64,000 bases of DNA, from contig NC_057726.1 in assembly GCF_004010195.1 (NCBI RefSeq), positions 28,240,932 to 28,304,931 on the forward strand, in the 5' to 3' direction. The notes under the pieces were generated by a model. That model saw only the letters and a list, made by a program, of their open reading frames with translations, was not told where the DNA came from and ran no database searches. The stretch is from Chiloscyllium plagiosum (Eukaryota). Positions 12,501-26,574 of this stretch are shown one piece after another. Every line of letters begins with the position of its first letter. The stretch's first letter is position 1. The position numbers and the translations under genes were made by a program.

Positions 12501-15500
12501 GTTGTCTGCTGTCTGAAACATCCTGGTTCAAAACCAGCTCTGCAGGAATGTTCACCATTCCAAGCCAGTGCAATTGGAGCTGGTCCATCAGAAATCCCAA
12601 CCTGTGAGATGGTTCCATTCTCTCGGCAGTGATTAGAAACTGAGTACAGTAGAGACCCAGATTGTTTTTGTAGAGTCAAGACAGCAATCCTATTCCACCT
12701 GACTCTACAAAAGTACTTTAAGCCTTCTTACTAGGCTTCCCTTTCAGCCGGATTGAAAACTGCAGGAAATGCATGGCACACACTAACACTAATTTGTCTT
12801 AAAATGCCCAATCCACTTGTTTTCACACATTAAAGTACCTACCACCAGGCCCAAGTTCGCACTGTCTCTCTGTTGTGGGCACTGTCAGTGGGAATTGGTT
12901 AATATGTATTAATGAGTCCAGGAACAGGTAAGTGTTAGTGGTTTCCAGATGCAATTGGGAGGTGGGGCCTGAGGACATTAGGAGGGAAGGTGAAGGATCT
13001 TGTGAGAAACTGAAGATGACAGACAGAGCACACACTGAGTGCAGGCCTTATGGGAAGGTACCCAATGTAGAAAAGAAACCATTGAGGGGAGGCAGTGCCT
13101 TCCTACCTGAGGCATATGTAGGGTGACCTGTCAGGCATCTCTCCCTACCCTGCCCTGTAATTGATCCTGCCAGTATCAAGATCGAGCCAGGCAGGAAACT
13201 GCCTTAAAATGGTGATTAATTGTCCTCTTAAAGTCCTTAACTGGGGCCAATGCATGCCAGCTAGCTGTCTGTAAGTTTGGGGCTCGCGGTATGAGGGCCA
13301 TTTGGGGAATTTTATGGTCTCCCATTACGTGCAGGCATGGGCCCAGAACATTGAGCCCATAGCCCTGCAGGCTGGTGAGGATCTAATATTCCCGTCTCTG
13401 GCTATTGCCAAGATTCACAGTTTCTGTGAAACATTTGTACTCAGTATGAATTTAATTAATTTCTTCCAACCGAGCTGCTCCTCTCAGCTTTTCCCCTCAA
13501 GGCAAGTGAGTTCATCCGGAAGATTTTCTGAAGACTGATAGGGCTTATTAGATGTGGATGGATGGCTTCAAGTGCCAGTCACTCCTAGGACTCAAACTCT
13601 GATGATAGCAACACTTCACTTTTAAGCCACTGTATGTTTTGTTTTCCAGTAGAGTGACAAGAGTTCTAATTGGAACTACCCTTTAAGATTTACACCTGTG
13701 CCAAACCTTAGATGAGATAAAATTTGGATCACAGATAAGTGATGGATTTCTGGTAAATATCCACTGCACCCTGTCCAGTCCAATTACATGGTGAAGATTT
13801 TAAACCACAAAAAGAAGGCTTTGCAAGTGTTGGAAGCTCAGGATCAGACTGTTTTAAGTGCTTCAGTTCCACCAACCCGGACTGACTATATTCCCAAACT
13901 AAACTAGTCCCACCTGCGCACTTGGCCCATATCCCTCCAAATATTTCTTATTCATGTATTTATCCAATTGTCTTTTAAACATTATAACTGTACCCCATCC
14001 ACTACTTCCTCTGTAAGTTCGTTCCACACACGAATCACTCTGTCTAAAAACGCCACCGCGCGTGCCTTTTTTAATCTTTCTCCTCTCACCTTGAACATAT
14101 GCTCCCTAGTCTTGAAATCTCTTCTCCCATTCACCTTATCTTATAGCCCTTATGATTTAACAAACACCTATCAGGTCACCCCTCAAATTCCTATGCTCCA
14201 GTGAAAAAAGTCCCAGCCTCCTTTTTGAAATCCTTTCCGAACCCCCTCCAGTTTAATAATATCCTTTCCTATAACAGGGCGATTAGAACTGACAGTGCTA
14301 CTACTTATAGTCACAGGGACAGATAAGATTTAACAAGTATTAATGGATTGCGCTATAGATTGATGATGAAGGGGGGATGTTGGGTGGAGAAATAATCGAG
14401 AGAGGGGAAATATATGATGGCATTTTAAAATGATGAGAAGGAGAGGAAATAAGAGAAAAGGAACCAAGATGGACAAATAGATACATTGGGTGCCGAAAGG
14501 CAACAAGTATGTGCATGCCTTGGGAACAGAAACAATTCAGTTTCAATACTCTTAAAATAGACGATCTATAGCTCAGAATAATGTGTGAGATTGATAGCAA
14601 TATTTTGTGTATAATGTGGGTCACACTATTTCCCTGAAGTTCCCCAAACACCAGTCAGTAATCAAAAGATATTTCAAAACTGAGAGAGCATATTGTTCTC
14701 TAATTCTTGTTCTGAATCAATATCAGTTTGCCACCTTTGATCTCTCGTTGTTTTGAGATGAAACATGCTTGTAATGTAGGAAACAACAATTGCTGCAGAG
14801 CATGGTCCCATAAGCAGTGTGGAACAACTGTTTGCATCATGTTGTTGGACAAGGGATTAATATTGACCAGGAAATCCAATTCTTTTTAAAATACCACTGT
14901 GAGGTCTTTTACTTCTACTCAAAAAAGTGTAACCTTTCATCTGAAGTACATCACAATTGACAGTGCACCTTCCTCTCAGTAGTGCACTGCAGTGACAATC
15001 TAGAAGCACTCAAGTCTCTGAATTGAAAATTGAACCCATAACATTCTGACTCATGCTCAAGTATCACTGTTTATTCTGTGATAACGATCTCATTTCAATT
15101 TCTGGAAATCTGTGAAAAATAAGACTTGTTCTCCTGACATGGATATAGGTGTTGTTGACTTATCATGTAATTCTCCCACAATTCTTGCCAAGGATCTTAT
15201 TATTCAGGAATGAGATTCCCTGTAATTTTGAGCTCTTTAGTAATTTCTTTGTAATTTTTTTTCAAGAGTAAAGCTAAATGTAAAGGGCTCTTTGTATTCC
15301 TTTTAAGAGCAAGAAAGGTATTCTTGGATATTCTTCTCTAGACATTAGTTCTATTTCTGAAATGTATACTTGCTGTGCTGTGTATCTTTCATGTTGTTTC
15401 ATAATCTTGTTCTTGTTTCCAAAGAACCCTCCTTTATAATTGCATGTGAATACTGGTGTGATTTAATTACAAAGGAATTATATTCTAATATCAATGGTAA

Positions 15501-18500
15501 AATAATATTATGAAGTGAATTGGAACTTCTGTGCTTGAAGGTGAGGTTAGCAAACACAAAATGATAATCATACCATCATAGAGAATTGCAAGAAAATAAA
15601 TTTTATATTTTAGTGTTGGTTTTCAATTGTAAATGCATAGGCAGCATCATTCAATTTGTTGACTTTGTTCAATAACAAACAGTGTTAACCTTTCATCTTC
15701 TTCATTTTAAAATGCTATTATATTATGTATGCCCATATATTACCCAGTGCTGGTTTCCACAAGCCAAGTGACAATTAGCTATAGCAGCTGGGTTTTTGTC
15801 AGCATTTCCTACGTTCACAAGTTTTCTTTTGAATGACGAGCAGGCAATTTATTTTGCTTGTAAGCATGCAGCTTTATAATACTTAAAAAAATCCCTTAAA
15901 ATAATCATTTAATATATTTGAAATAGTATTAAACTATGTTAATTCTGCTGAGACTATGAAACTGGAGAGTGTAACTGTCTAAATGCACACTCACTGTTAG
16001 AAAATCATTGCTTTCTGAAATATCAGCAAAAGCTAAAGTATTTTCTGTACTGGATATTGCAAATGAATTCTACAGTATACCAGTGGCAAAAATAAATGAG
16101 CATTTTTGCAATAATATTGGGAAGTTATAGTTTGATTTGGATTGTGATCACAAAGGGGTTTCATAATGCATCCACTATTTCTCAGAATGGAACAAAATTC
16201 TGCAGCCAAAATGTTTGCTGCAATATGTAGATGACTTACTTTGACCCACTGAAACAACTGACGACTATGTTAAGTTACACAGTGAGGTGTTATCTTCGTT
16301 ATTGAAGGGGAAATTCAAAAGTTAACCTGAAGAAGGCTCAGGTGCTGCAGGATGAAGTGATTTTCATGGGAGTCTCAATATTACCACATAATTTGAGTCT
16401 AGGCAGACATAACGTAGAAGTCATTCAATAGTTGCCTTTGCCAGTATCCAAGCCTGTGCTTAACTTGTTTCTGTGATTGGTGTGTGATTGGTACTGCTTT
16501 ATATAGGGTTTTGCACAGATATTGGCACAAGATTTTGCAGACAACTGGCATCAAGTAAAGTATGTCTGTCGTGTCCTACAGTGGATAGAGAATTCTTATT
16601 TGATTTATAAATGGCATTTGTTAGCTTTCTTTTGTTGGTCTGCTATTTTACTTACATCATGGACCCACAAAATACCATCATCCATTCATCTCACCCTCCT
16701 TTAATTTTATTAATGAAACTGGGGACTGTTTGTAATTTCACAAAGGCTGAGTAGATGAACACTGGAATTATTTCACAGAGATTTGGATGTGACCCTATAT
16801 GATATTACCCTTCTTCTAGTAATAATGGAAAATGAGGGCCATCTCACAAGGATAGTTGTAGATTCCAGGAGGTTAAAAAGGCTGGTCAGATGGGCTGATC
16901 TAGGCAGGACAAGGAAGGCCAGGAAAATAATGATGAACGGTAGGAACCTGGAAAGCACCAAAGATCAGAAGGGCCTTGGTGTGCATGTCCAATCATCCCT
17001 TAAAGTAGTGGGACAAGCAGATAAAGTGATAAGGAAAAGACTTGGACACCTGTCTTTATTAACTGAGGCATAGATTTTAAGTGTAGGAGGGCAATGCTTA
17101 AAATGTATAAAACGTTGGCTGGTCCACAGCTAGAGTATTGCGTGCATTTCTGGAATCCTTTACCATTGATAGATTTTGAGCAAAATCCACTTCTTTAAGT
17201 TCCTACTCAATAAGCTTCTGATATTTAGAGTGATGGCTTGTTAAGGGAGTTTCTCAAAGGGTTTTTAGTGGCATTATTTGGCAGACTTTCAAGTTCAAGT
17301 CTTTGTCATTCTTCCCAGTTCATAGAATTGATGGCTTTTATGCATTGCAGCTATAAAAGAGGTGAATACTGTGAATACATGATCTGAGACCTATGCTATT
17401 AAAAATCCCTATTGATCTTCAGAAAGTAAATCCTTGATCCAATGTCTAATTTTCTTGACAAGTTTTGAAAGAGAGAAACATAGTTAATGTCATAGCAGAG
17501 AAGTGGAATAGTTCTCAGCACACTCAGGGAAACAATGCCATTGATATAGCAGCTAAGGAAGCAGCTGTATCCAGAGATTCATTTCTAGAGTTAAGTACCA
17601 TAACTCAGTCATTCAAAGATGAAACTGTAGCAATGGGTGTTCAATAGCTAAGCCTGCAGTGTGAGTAAAACCCATATCAAGTAGATATTTATTGGACTTT
17701 GGGTGCATTTTGTTCATGAACTTACATTATTTTCTATTGAAGGTTCTCTTTGTTCTTTAAGGTGTGAGCAAAAGGCAAATCAAAATCCAGTGGTGTGTTC
17801 CTTCTGAACTAGAGGATTAAATTTTTTGTTTATTTCATTCTCATCCAAATGTTGGTCATTATTCTGCTAAGATTCTCCAAGCAAAAGTTGCAACTTGTGT
17901 TGATGTGGAGGTGGTGGTGTTGGACTGGACTTGTGTTGACCTTAGATAAAGTATGGATGGCAATACTGCATAAGTGAGGACCCAAAGTGAAACCTGGCTT
18001 TATAGACCATAAGTTTTATTTTTGCAATTTGTTTACTAAGGTGGTCAGTTACATCTTCACAATGTACTTTCAACAACAGAACTTCAAAGTTTAATACTTT
18101 CAAAGGCAAAAACATACTACTTTACACTATACAAGAACTATTTGAAAGGTTTCATTAGACAGCAGAAATGACTCAATTTTTTTCCGCCCACAAAAACCAT
18201 ACAAATACCTGAACCTCAGTGAACTCACTCCTGCCTTCACTTTAGTTTTGTTGTTCAATTGGCATGCCTATACTTGGTTTCTGAAGCTTTGTTCTTGCCG
18301 ACTTGTAAACAGATGGGTTTATGATTCCCTCAGTTTTCTCTTTCTGGAGTTTTCGTTTAATTCATTCAGAATGTTTTCCCTAGCCTTGACTTTTCGGTGA
18401 CAGCTAAACTAATGGCACATTTTTGCTCTGATTGAATCTGCACACACTAACTGTTTCAAAGGACACCTTGTTGCTAGGCAACATCTTTTTCTCTACTACC

Positions 18501-18698
18501 CTCATTTCTAATGCACTGACTTATTCAATCAGCATAGATTTGCAAATGAAAAATGGTATTTGACAAATTGTTGTTATGTGAGTAAAAGGCATTGAAATAT
18601 TTGATCAGCCATGAAGATATTAAATAGTGGAACAGTCTTGACAGGCTGAATGGCCTATCCTATTTTCCCAAGTTCACCTCAACCTCTATTCCAAGGCT

Positions 18699-19172
18699 CT
18701 ATATCAGTGGTGCTGGAAGAGCACAGCAATTCAGGCAGCATCCAACAAGCAGTGAAATCGACGTTTCGGGCAAAAGCCCTTCATCAGGAATAAAGGCAGA
18801 GAGCCTGAAGCGTGGAGAGATAAGCTAGGGAGGGTGGGGGTGGGGAGAGAGTAGCATACTGCCCCGTGGCTCAACATTNNNNNNNNNNNNNNNNNNNNNN
18901 NNNNNNNNNNNNNNNNNNNNNNNNNNNNNNNNNNNNNNNNNNNNNNNNNNNNNNNNNNNNNNNNNNNNNNNNNNNNNNNNNNNNNNNNNNNCCGACCCCC
19001 ACCCTTCCCTAGCTTATCTCTTCACGCTTCAGGCTCTCTGCCTTTATTCCTGATGAAGGGCTTTTGCCCGAAACGTCGATTTCGCTGCTCGTTGGATGCT
19101 GCCTGAATTGCTGTGCTCTTCCAGCACCACTGATCCAGAATCTGGTTTCCAGCATCTGCAGTTATTGGTTTT
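18699..19172. mobile_element. Penelope-like element with inverted terminal repeats (gap inside)
   Basis: Inverted copies of the pseudo-LTR, flanked by the direct repeat ACCTCTATTCCAAGGCT (18682-18698 and 19173-19189). Confidence 0.85.
19045..19082 (+). ncRNA. Minimal hammerhead ribozyme motif in a Penelope pseudo-LTR (representative copy)
   Basis: CTGATGA-A-GGGC TTTT GCCC-GAAA-CGTC: hammerhead core, a 4-bp helix II and a palindromic ACGT helix III. Similar copies at about 6250 (+), 26184 (+) and 18760-18787 (-); variants at 9389, 56421 and 61483. Confidence 0.75.
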
Positions 19173-20112
19173 ACCTCTATTCCAAGGCTGTCAATCCTCA
19201 TTAAAAATACATATTTAGCAAAGTTCGGACATCCCATCATCATTCACAGAACAAATCTAAAATGAAAATTAAATTATGCCCTTTACATTTAACCCACACA
19301 ATATATTGATTGATTGATTGTCACATGAAACAAAGTACGGTGAAAAGCTTTGTTTACGAGCAGTACAGGCAGATCATAGTAAGCAAGGATGTCCAGATCA
19401 AAGTTAAGACAGAGACATGCAGGTTATATCGCACAGGGTGTGTATTAGATAGGATCAACATTAGCAAGTTCTGTGTATTTTAGAATCTAATTTTCCAGGC
19501 AGTAATAATAATATATCATGAACCTTCACAACAGGATGTAAATTCTAGATGCTAGATATTTGCCAGGGTTACAGGTAAACCCTACACTGAGTGGTAATAG
19601 AGCTTTCCTTAACTGTCAGGCAGCACCATAGTTTCCTTTGATGCATGACCAAATTGACTTTATAGTCCTATTATCACCATCATAATTAAATTTTACATAT
19701 GAACTTACAGTTATTGTCTAATCTATATAGAGCATTTCCTTGTCAGTCACATATTACATTTATGGCGACAAAGGTATTATTAAGTGATGTGTTGTGTAGT
19801 TGGGGACTTCACATATTGGCCAACTAGAACCAAGGTCTCACTTTACAAGGGATTTGTATTGTATTAGAAGAGTTGATGGAAATTCAGCAGAAGTTGCATA
19901 TATCATACCGTCCAGTCTTCCGGAATTGTTGAGTGTAGTAATAGAATGTTTAAGAATATGTTGTAAAAGTAATGTGTGACTAACTTCACTCACTTTTTTG
20001 ATCTACACCTCAGAACTACAGGTATGTCACATTGTCAGACTATGATGGAAGGTTAATAATTGGACATGGACTGGAACAACTCCTCCGACACAGCATTTGT
20101 GTAATTCTAAAT

Positions 20113-20880
20113 AGAGTCATAGAGATGTACAGCATGGAAACAGACACTTCGGTCCAACCCATCCATGCCAACCAGATATTCCAACCCAATCTAGTCCCAC
20201 CTGCCAGCACCCAGCCCATATCCCTCCAAACCCTTCCTATTCATATACCCATCCAAATGCCTATTAAATGTTGCAATTGTACCAGCTTCCACCACTTCCT
20301 CTGGCAGCTCATTCCATACACATGAAAAAGTTGCCCTTTAGGTCTCTTTTATAAGTTTCCCCTCTCACCCTAAACCTAAGCCCTCTAGTTCTGGACTCCC
20401 CGACCCCAGGAAAAATACTTTGCCTATTTACACTATCCAAGCCCCTCATAATTTTGTAAACCTCTATAAGGTCACCCCTCAGCCTCCGACGCTCCAGGAA
20501 AACAGCCCCAACCTGTTCAGCCTCTCCCTGTAGCTCAAATCCTCCAACCCTGGCAACATTCTTATAAATCTTTTCTGAATCCTTACAAGTTTCACAACAT
20601 CTTTCCGATAGGAAGGAGACCAGAATTGCATGCAATATTCCAACAGTGGCCTAACCAATGTCCTGTACAGCCGCAACATGACCTCCCAACTCTGACCAAT
20701 AAAGGAAAGCATACCAAACGCCTTCTTCACTATCCTATCTACCTGCGACTCCACTTTCAAGGAGCTATGAACCTGCACTCCAAGGTCTCTTTGTTCATTA
20801 TGTGTATATGTCCTGCTAAGATTTGCTTTCCCAAAATGCAGCACTTTGCATTTATCTGAATTAAACTCATCTGCCACTTC
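20113..20880 (-). mobile_element. CR1/HER1 LINE 3' fragment
   Basis: RDLGVQVHSSLKV...LYRTLVRPLLEYC...RLNRLGLFS plus CR1 tail. Confidence 0.9.
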
Positions 20881-22019
20881 TCTTATAGATTATATGTGGA
20901 AAGTTAATGAAAGCCTTAAATTTTATATATTGCAATTCTTATGAATGCATGGAAAACCTTGACCATAAAAGTGGGAGCACATTCAAAATTGATCTTGTAG
21001 ATTTATATTATGTTTAAAAAGATTAATTTTAACCTCCACCTGTCCCCAAAAAGACTTTCCCTCTCATCACAATGTTGTGACTTCATATCAATCCCAACGT
21101 TTTCACTGTTTAACAGTTTTTGATTCCCCCAACTGCATTAATTATCAATAAGGATTTTCAGGCAAGGTTGAGCTGAGGTCAAAGTGATATTATGTTCTCT
21201 GAATTAATAGAACCCATATTTTGATATAAAGGCAAAACCTTAATGCAAACAAAGTAAAATGTATGTGTTACACAGTTCAATTTATATTGTTTCCCTGAAG
21301 CATCTAAAATGGGGGAGAAAAGTTTCGATATCTGTGAGATTGTAAATGTAAGAATTATTCTTCAACTGCCATCCGGATGCAAACTCTTCTGGGAATGTGG
21401 TCCGGTATGTTGTTTTGGCCAGTCACCTCACAACTAAGAACTAGGTACCATTTGAGAGATGTGCTTCCCATCAATGCTTCCAGGAAGAGGGACAAACAGC
21501 AGACACATGCTTGATACTCCGGGCAATGAACTTTGGTTCTGGTCCCTAAATCAATCAGATCAGGGTTTTTGGATAAGTGCTGATCTTCGACAGAGAAGCT
21601 AACTTTTAGAGGGAATGCGTTGAGCCTGGATGAATTGTTAGGAACAGTCATGGTACACAAGCAAATAGAACAGTGGTTTCTTAACTGTGGTCCATTGACA
21701 CTTGGGGTTCTGTAAAGGGGGTCTGAGAACTACTGTGGAAGTGCCTACTGAACCCAGCTCGGAGTAATGTGTTGGTGATGTTGGTAGCGTATGATCAAGA
21801 GTACGTAAATAAACAGGGTAGAGGGGCAAGCTTAATGTGAGCTGTGAGGTAAGATCAGAGATGACCACCATATGTGCATTACAATATGGTCTTGTGTAGG
21901 GGTCACATGTGGAGAAGCACAAAGATCACCAGGTAGACCTAGAGTTTCTAAGGTGGCCAGCAGGTCAGTAAATCTCACAGTCTTTAAATATCTCTAAAGT
22001 ACTACATACTTAAATTAAA

Positions 22020-22477
22020 AATAAGAATGACAAGGTTGGAGTATTTCAGCTACAGAGAGAGGTTGAATAGGCTGTTTTCTCTGGAGCGTCAGAGACCGAG
22101 GGGTGACTTTTTGGAGGTTTATAAAATCATGAGGGGCATGGATAGGATAAATAGACAAAGTTTTTTCCCTGAGAGGGGGGAGTCCAGAACTAGAGGGCAT
22201 AGGTTTAGGGTGAGGGGGGAACAATATAAAAGAGACCTAAGGGGCAACTTTTTCACGGAGGGTGATATGTGCATGGAATGAGCTTCCAGAGGAAGTGGTG
22301 GAGGCTAGTACAATTGCAACACTTAAAAGGCATTTTGATGCATATATGAATAGGAAAGTTTCAGAGAGATATAGGTCCAGTGCTGGCAGGTGGAACTAGA
22401 TTGGGATATCTGGTCAGCGTGGACGAATTGGACTGAAGAGCCTGTTTCCATGCTGTACATCTCTATGATTCTATGAC
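22020..22477 (+). mobile_element. CR1/HER1 LINE 3' fragment
   Basis: SYRERLNRL..LEVYKIMRG..RTRGH plus a (CTATGATT)-like tail. Confidence 0.88.
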
Positions 22478-25404
22478 TAATGCCAAGTACATGTTCTTCA
22501 GGACACAATTTTCCTAACACAGATGGGGATAGCTTATTTTTTCTAATTTATTTGAAAAAGAAGCCTTCAACCAAAAATGTTTGAGAAACACTAAACAATA
22601 TAAAGTGGAAGCAATAGACACGGCAGTCAGGAATGAAAAAGGGAATGTGTCTGACAAGGACAGAAATGCACAAGAAAAACGTGATACCGGAAGTGGAGGC
22701 TTGCTTTACAAATAACCAAAGGAACATTTAATAAAGAACCTGAATTTCTAAGTGTGAAGAAATAAATTAAAGAACTGGAGCTATGTAGCCTACACTAATA
22801 TGTATTTTGTCTGTTCCTCGATTCAAGGAAAATGTTTACTCAGGGAGTCGTAATCTGGTTTTCATGTAACTGGCTAATTCTTGACCATCAGATCTTTGAG
22901 CCCACGAAGCAGGAGCCCATGATGGAGTGAGATCTAGACTGTAGCATTTGCTTCTTTCTCTTTCTTTTTCTGTCACCACTTTGCTTTATCAGATAGGCGT
23001 TTGGACTCAAAGTCGAGAGTATGGTGCTGGAAATGCACAGGTGGCCAGGCATCATCCGAGGAACAGGAGAATTGACATTTCAGGCATAAGCCCTTCATCA
23101 TTTCCAGCACCACACTCTTGACTCTGATCTCCAGCATCTGCAGTCCTCACTTTCTCCTGTTTGCTTTGAGATCCCTTTGCTCCTCTGAGCTTCCTAGTGT
23201 TTTGCCAATCATTTTGTGTCTTATTACTTCTTTTAAACTGCATCACCTCACACTTTTCAGTGATAAATTCTATCTGACACTGATCTGTTCAGTTGACTAT
23301 TCCATCAATATCCTCCAGTAAACTGAGATCACTTTTCTTATTGTAAACCACCCAGACAATCTTTATGTCATCACAAACTTACTTATCACTCCAATACATT
23401 TTCTTCTACATTGTTTATATGTACCATGAACAATAACTCTCCCAAAATTGATATCCTTGTCTTTTTTTACAACTTTTTTACAAGCTGGAGCAGTGCACTG
23501 TCACTCTAATCCACTACTCCACATAACATAAAAATACTCTTTCCAATTACCAGGATGACCAAATAAAATATCCTATCCAGATTTGGAGATGCCGGTGTCG
23601 GACTGGGGTGTACAAAGTTAAAAATATCACAACACCAGGTTATAGTCCAACATCAAATGAAGGAGCGAGGCTCCGAAAGCTAGTGTGCTTGCAATTAAAC
23701 CTGTTGGACTATAAGCTGGTGTTTTGTGATTTTTAACTATCCAATTAAGTTTTAAGTAAAAAGATCTACCAACCAGACTTTTAAAAAATAAATGCAATTA
23801 TTTCATTATCAAAACAAAAAATGTTAAATTAATATGCAATTTCTGTTTAACATACACAGTCAATAATATGGAAGTACAAATACTTATCCCTCTATCCACA
23901 ATATACACACTTTAGGAAAGGAGAGAAAATATTTTGTTGTTTGCATAGATTTATTTAACTTTACTTCTTCTTGTCATTTGCAACTGTTCTGTTAATTACA
24001 TTTTTATTTGTTCTTTTCCTTGCCAGTGCTTTTAGCAGATTTGGAAAGGGCTACTAGTGACTTGTTCAGTGAACATAGATTTTGCAGAACATCAATAATT
24101 TCCAACTTTTTTCCATGAATCAAAACAGTGTAACTAAAGAAGATTAGACAGTTTATCTGCAAACACATTTTTAATCACAGAGTAATCAATCTTTTAATTA
24201 ATTTAAACTATATGTATGGAATGAGCTGCCAGAGGAAGTGGTGGCGGCTAGTACAATTGCCACACTTAAGAGGCATTTGGACGGGTGTATGAATAGGAAG
24301 GGTTTGGAGAGATATGGGCCCGGTGCTGGCAGATGGGACTAGATTGAGTTGGGATGTCTGGTCAGCATGGACTGAAGGTCTGTTTCCGTGCTGTACATTT
24401 CTACAGCTCCATGACTCTGACTATGTGTTTCTCGTCCAGCTTGTGTTCGTCTTCCTCAGTGTCTGGGTAAAATCTTTGTATTGTGTTGATTCCACAAAAC
24501 AGGAACAGACTTGTAGACCTGGCTTATCTCGAGTATACAAATCTGCAGCACGTCTACAGAAATAGTTTCGAGTATTTACAACTGTCATGGATGTGAGGCT
24601 TTAGGAATTGGACTTGCAAGGTTCGAAGTACTCTCAAACAATAGTTTTCAATCCCATTTCTAATATCAACTTTATATGAACTGAAACAGCTTTTATCACC
24701 ATGGAGCTGGTTTTTGTAATGTTTTGAGACCAAACATTATAAAGCCTTTTCTTGTCTTGTACAGTCAGCTGCCTTCTCATTGCTGGAGCTGAAGACGACG
24801 GGTTCTTCAGAATCCTGTATTGACCTCGGCAGTTATCCCTGCTGGTGATATATGCGTTAGCTTGAAACTGTTTCATGGATGTCTATGACTGGGAACAGCT
24901 GGTTAAGTATCCCAGCCACTCGGCAAACGTGGACAATATGGCTTTTGGAATTTAAAATGAGTACTAGAACAACGGATCTCACTACAAATTAGTAATAGTT
25001 GGGAAAGAGTGCTTCTGTCTGATGAGCCTTTCCTTTGGAAGTAAAATATTTTGCGTAACTGGATATCATGAACAATTAATTTATTTTGGATCAAAAGCTC
25101 AAAGGAGTCAAGTATTCGCAATGACCTATTATGTAGCACATTGGGGAAAGCAAAAACTTTTGTTAGTAATTTTAAAAATTGCATAGGATCGAAATCATAA
25201 GAATATTTGCAGCACAGGAGGCAGCAATTTGGTCCATTGTGTTTGCACTAGCTCTTCAAATTAGCAACTCTCCTAATGCCATTCCTTGCGTTGTCCCTGT
25301 AACCTTACGCTTTGTTCACTTTCAGATAATGTAATTTGAGTTTTTGATCAAAAGTCTTTTGTCTGCAGAACCACCTATGGTTAACAAAAGTGGTCAAGGA
25401 GAAT

Positions 25405-25700
25405 ACGTGGCTCAATGGTTATCATTGCTGCCTCACAGCACCAGGGACCCGGGTTCGATTCCAGCCTCTGGCGCCTGTCAGTGGAGCTTGCACGTTCTCC
25501 CCGTGTCTGCGTGGGTTTCCTCCAGATGCTCTGGTTTCCTCCCACAGTCCAAAGATGTGCAGGCCAGGTGAATTGGTCATGCTAAATTGCCCATAGTGTT
25601 CGATGTATTAGGCAGAGGGAAATGGGTGGGTTACTCTCCGGAGGGTCGGTGTGGACTTGGTGGGCCGAAGGGCCTGTTGCCACACTGTCGGGAATCTAAT
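25405..25700 (+). mobile_element. HE1-type V-SINE
   Basis: A/B-box head, V-domain (GTGGAGCTTGCACGTTCTCCCCGTGTCTGCGTGGG) and tail. Confidence 0.85.
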
Positions 25701-26081
25701 TTTTTTAATAACAAAATAACTGTGTTTGAGGATTTATACGTAGTGTTGAAAAGCCTCCAGGTGTCAGCCTTGGTTCCCTGTAAGGTAGCATTCTCAACTC
25801 TAAGTTGGCAAATTGTGTTCAAAACCCCACACCATATATCTTGGGCATACAATTTCAACCAGCATTGAAGGGGTGCTGTTCAGATGGTCAGACAGCTTGT
25901 TTGTAATGCAGAGTAAAGGCAACAGCAAGGTTCAATTCCTGCACTGGCCGGGATTACTATGAATGATCCTCAATCTCTCCATTTGCTTCGAGTGTGGTGA
26001 CCCTCAGGTTAAACCACTGCCAGTCGTCCCCCTGTAATAAAAGGGCAATCCTGTGGTCTGGTAAGGCTACAGTGACTTCAC

Positions 26082-26271
26082 GCAGGAGAAAGTGAGGTCT
26101 GCAGATGCTGGAGATCAGAGCTGAAAATGTGTTGCTGGAAAAGCGCAGCAGGTCAGGCAGCATCCAGGGAACAGGAGAAATTCCTGAAGAAGGGCTTATG
26201 CCCGAAACGTCGATTCTCCTGCTCCCTGGATGCTGCCTGACCTGCTGCGCTTTTCCAGCAACACATTTTCA
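26082..26271. repeat. Palindromic Penelope-derived element upstream of COG8
   Basis: Inverted arms with 16-bp direct repeat GCTACAGTGACTTCAC (26066-26081 and 26272-26287). Confidence 0.8.
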
Positions 26272-26574
26272 GCTACAGTGACTTCACCTTTTGTTTTATT
26301 GAGGGGATGCAGCTCCGTCTCTGGGTGAGACATGAAATCAAAGCTCCCACCCAGGAGCATTGTGCTGAAGTGAAGAGGACTCTGTAAAACCCACCCAATA
26401 CCAGGCTATCAGGAGATGACCCACTGTGACTCTGCGCGACTTTACTGTTCGCAAACCGCGTGCTAATATCAATACACACCGTTTCCGCGGTGACATTCCG
26501 CAAACCCGAACATTTACTTGGAGCAGCAAGGAGCTGCCATTGACAGCGCCTCTATGTTGTTGTTGTTGCCGCCG

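Larger units (their letters stand above)
16310..20050 (+). mobile_element. Ancient degraded retroviral/LTR-retrotransposon pol (RT thumb, RNase H, integrase) fragmented by nested insertions
   Basis: RT near 16320-16520 (KVNLKKAQVLQDEVIFMGV..VEVIQ*LPLP..GFAQI). RNase H near 17520-17570 (GNNAIDIAAKEAA). Integrase zinc finger near 17790-17890 (WCVPSEL..HSHPNVGHYS). Integrase core near 19640-20040 (QIDFI, AFPC, LCSWGL, QQKLHISYRP, SGIVECSNR). Confidence 0.75.

Noticed and set aside
24863-24865. In-frame TGA as selenocysteine in a hydrophobic + strand frame
   Set aside because: The same frame also has TAA and TAG stops at about random density, and no SECIS or selenoprotein homology was recognised.
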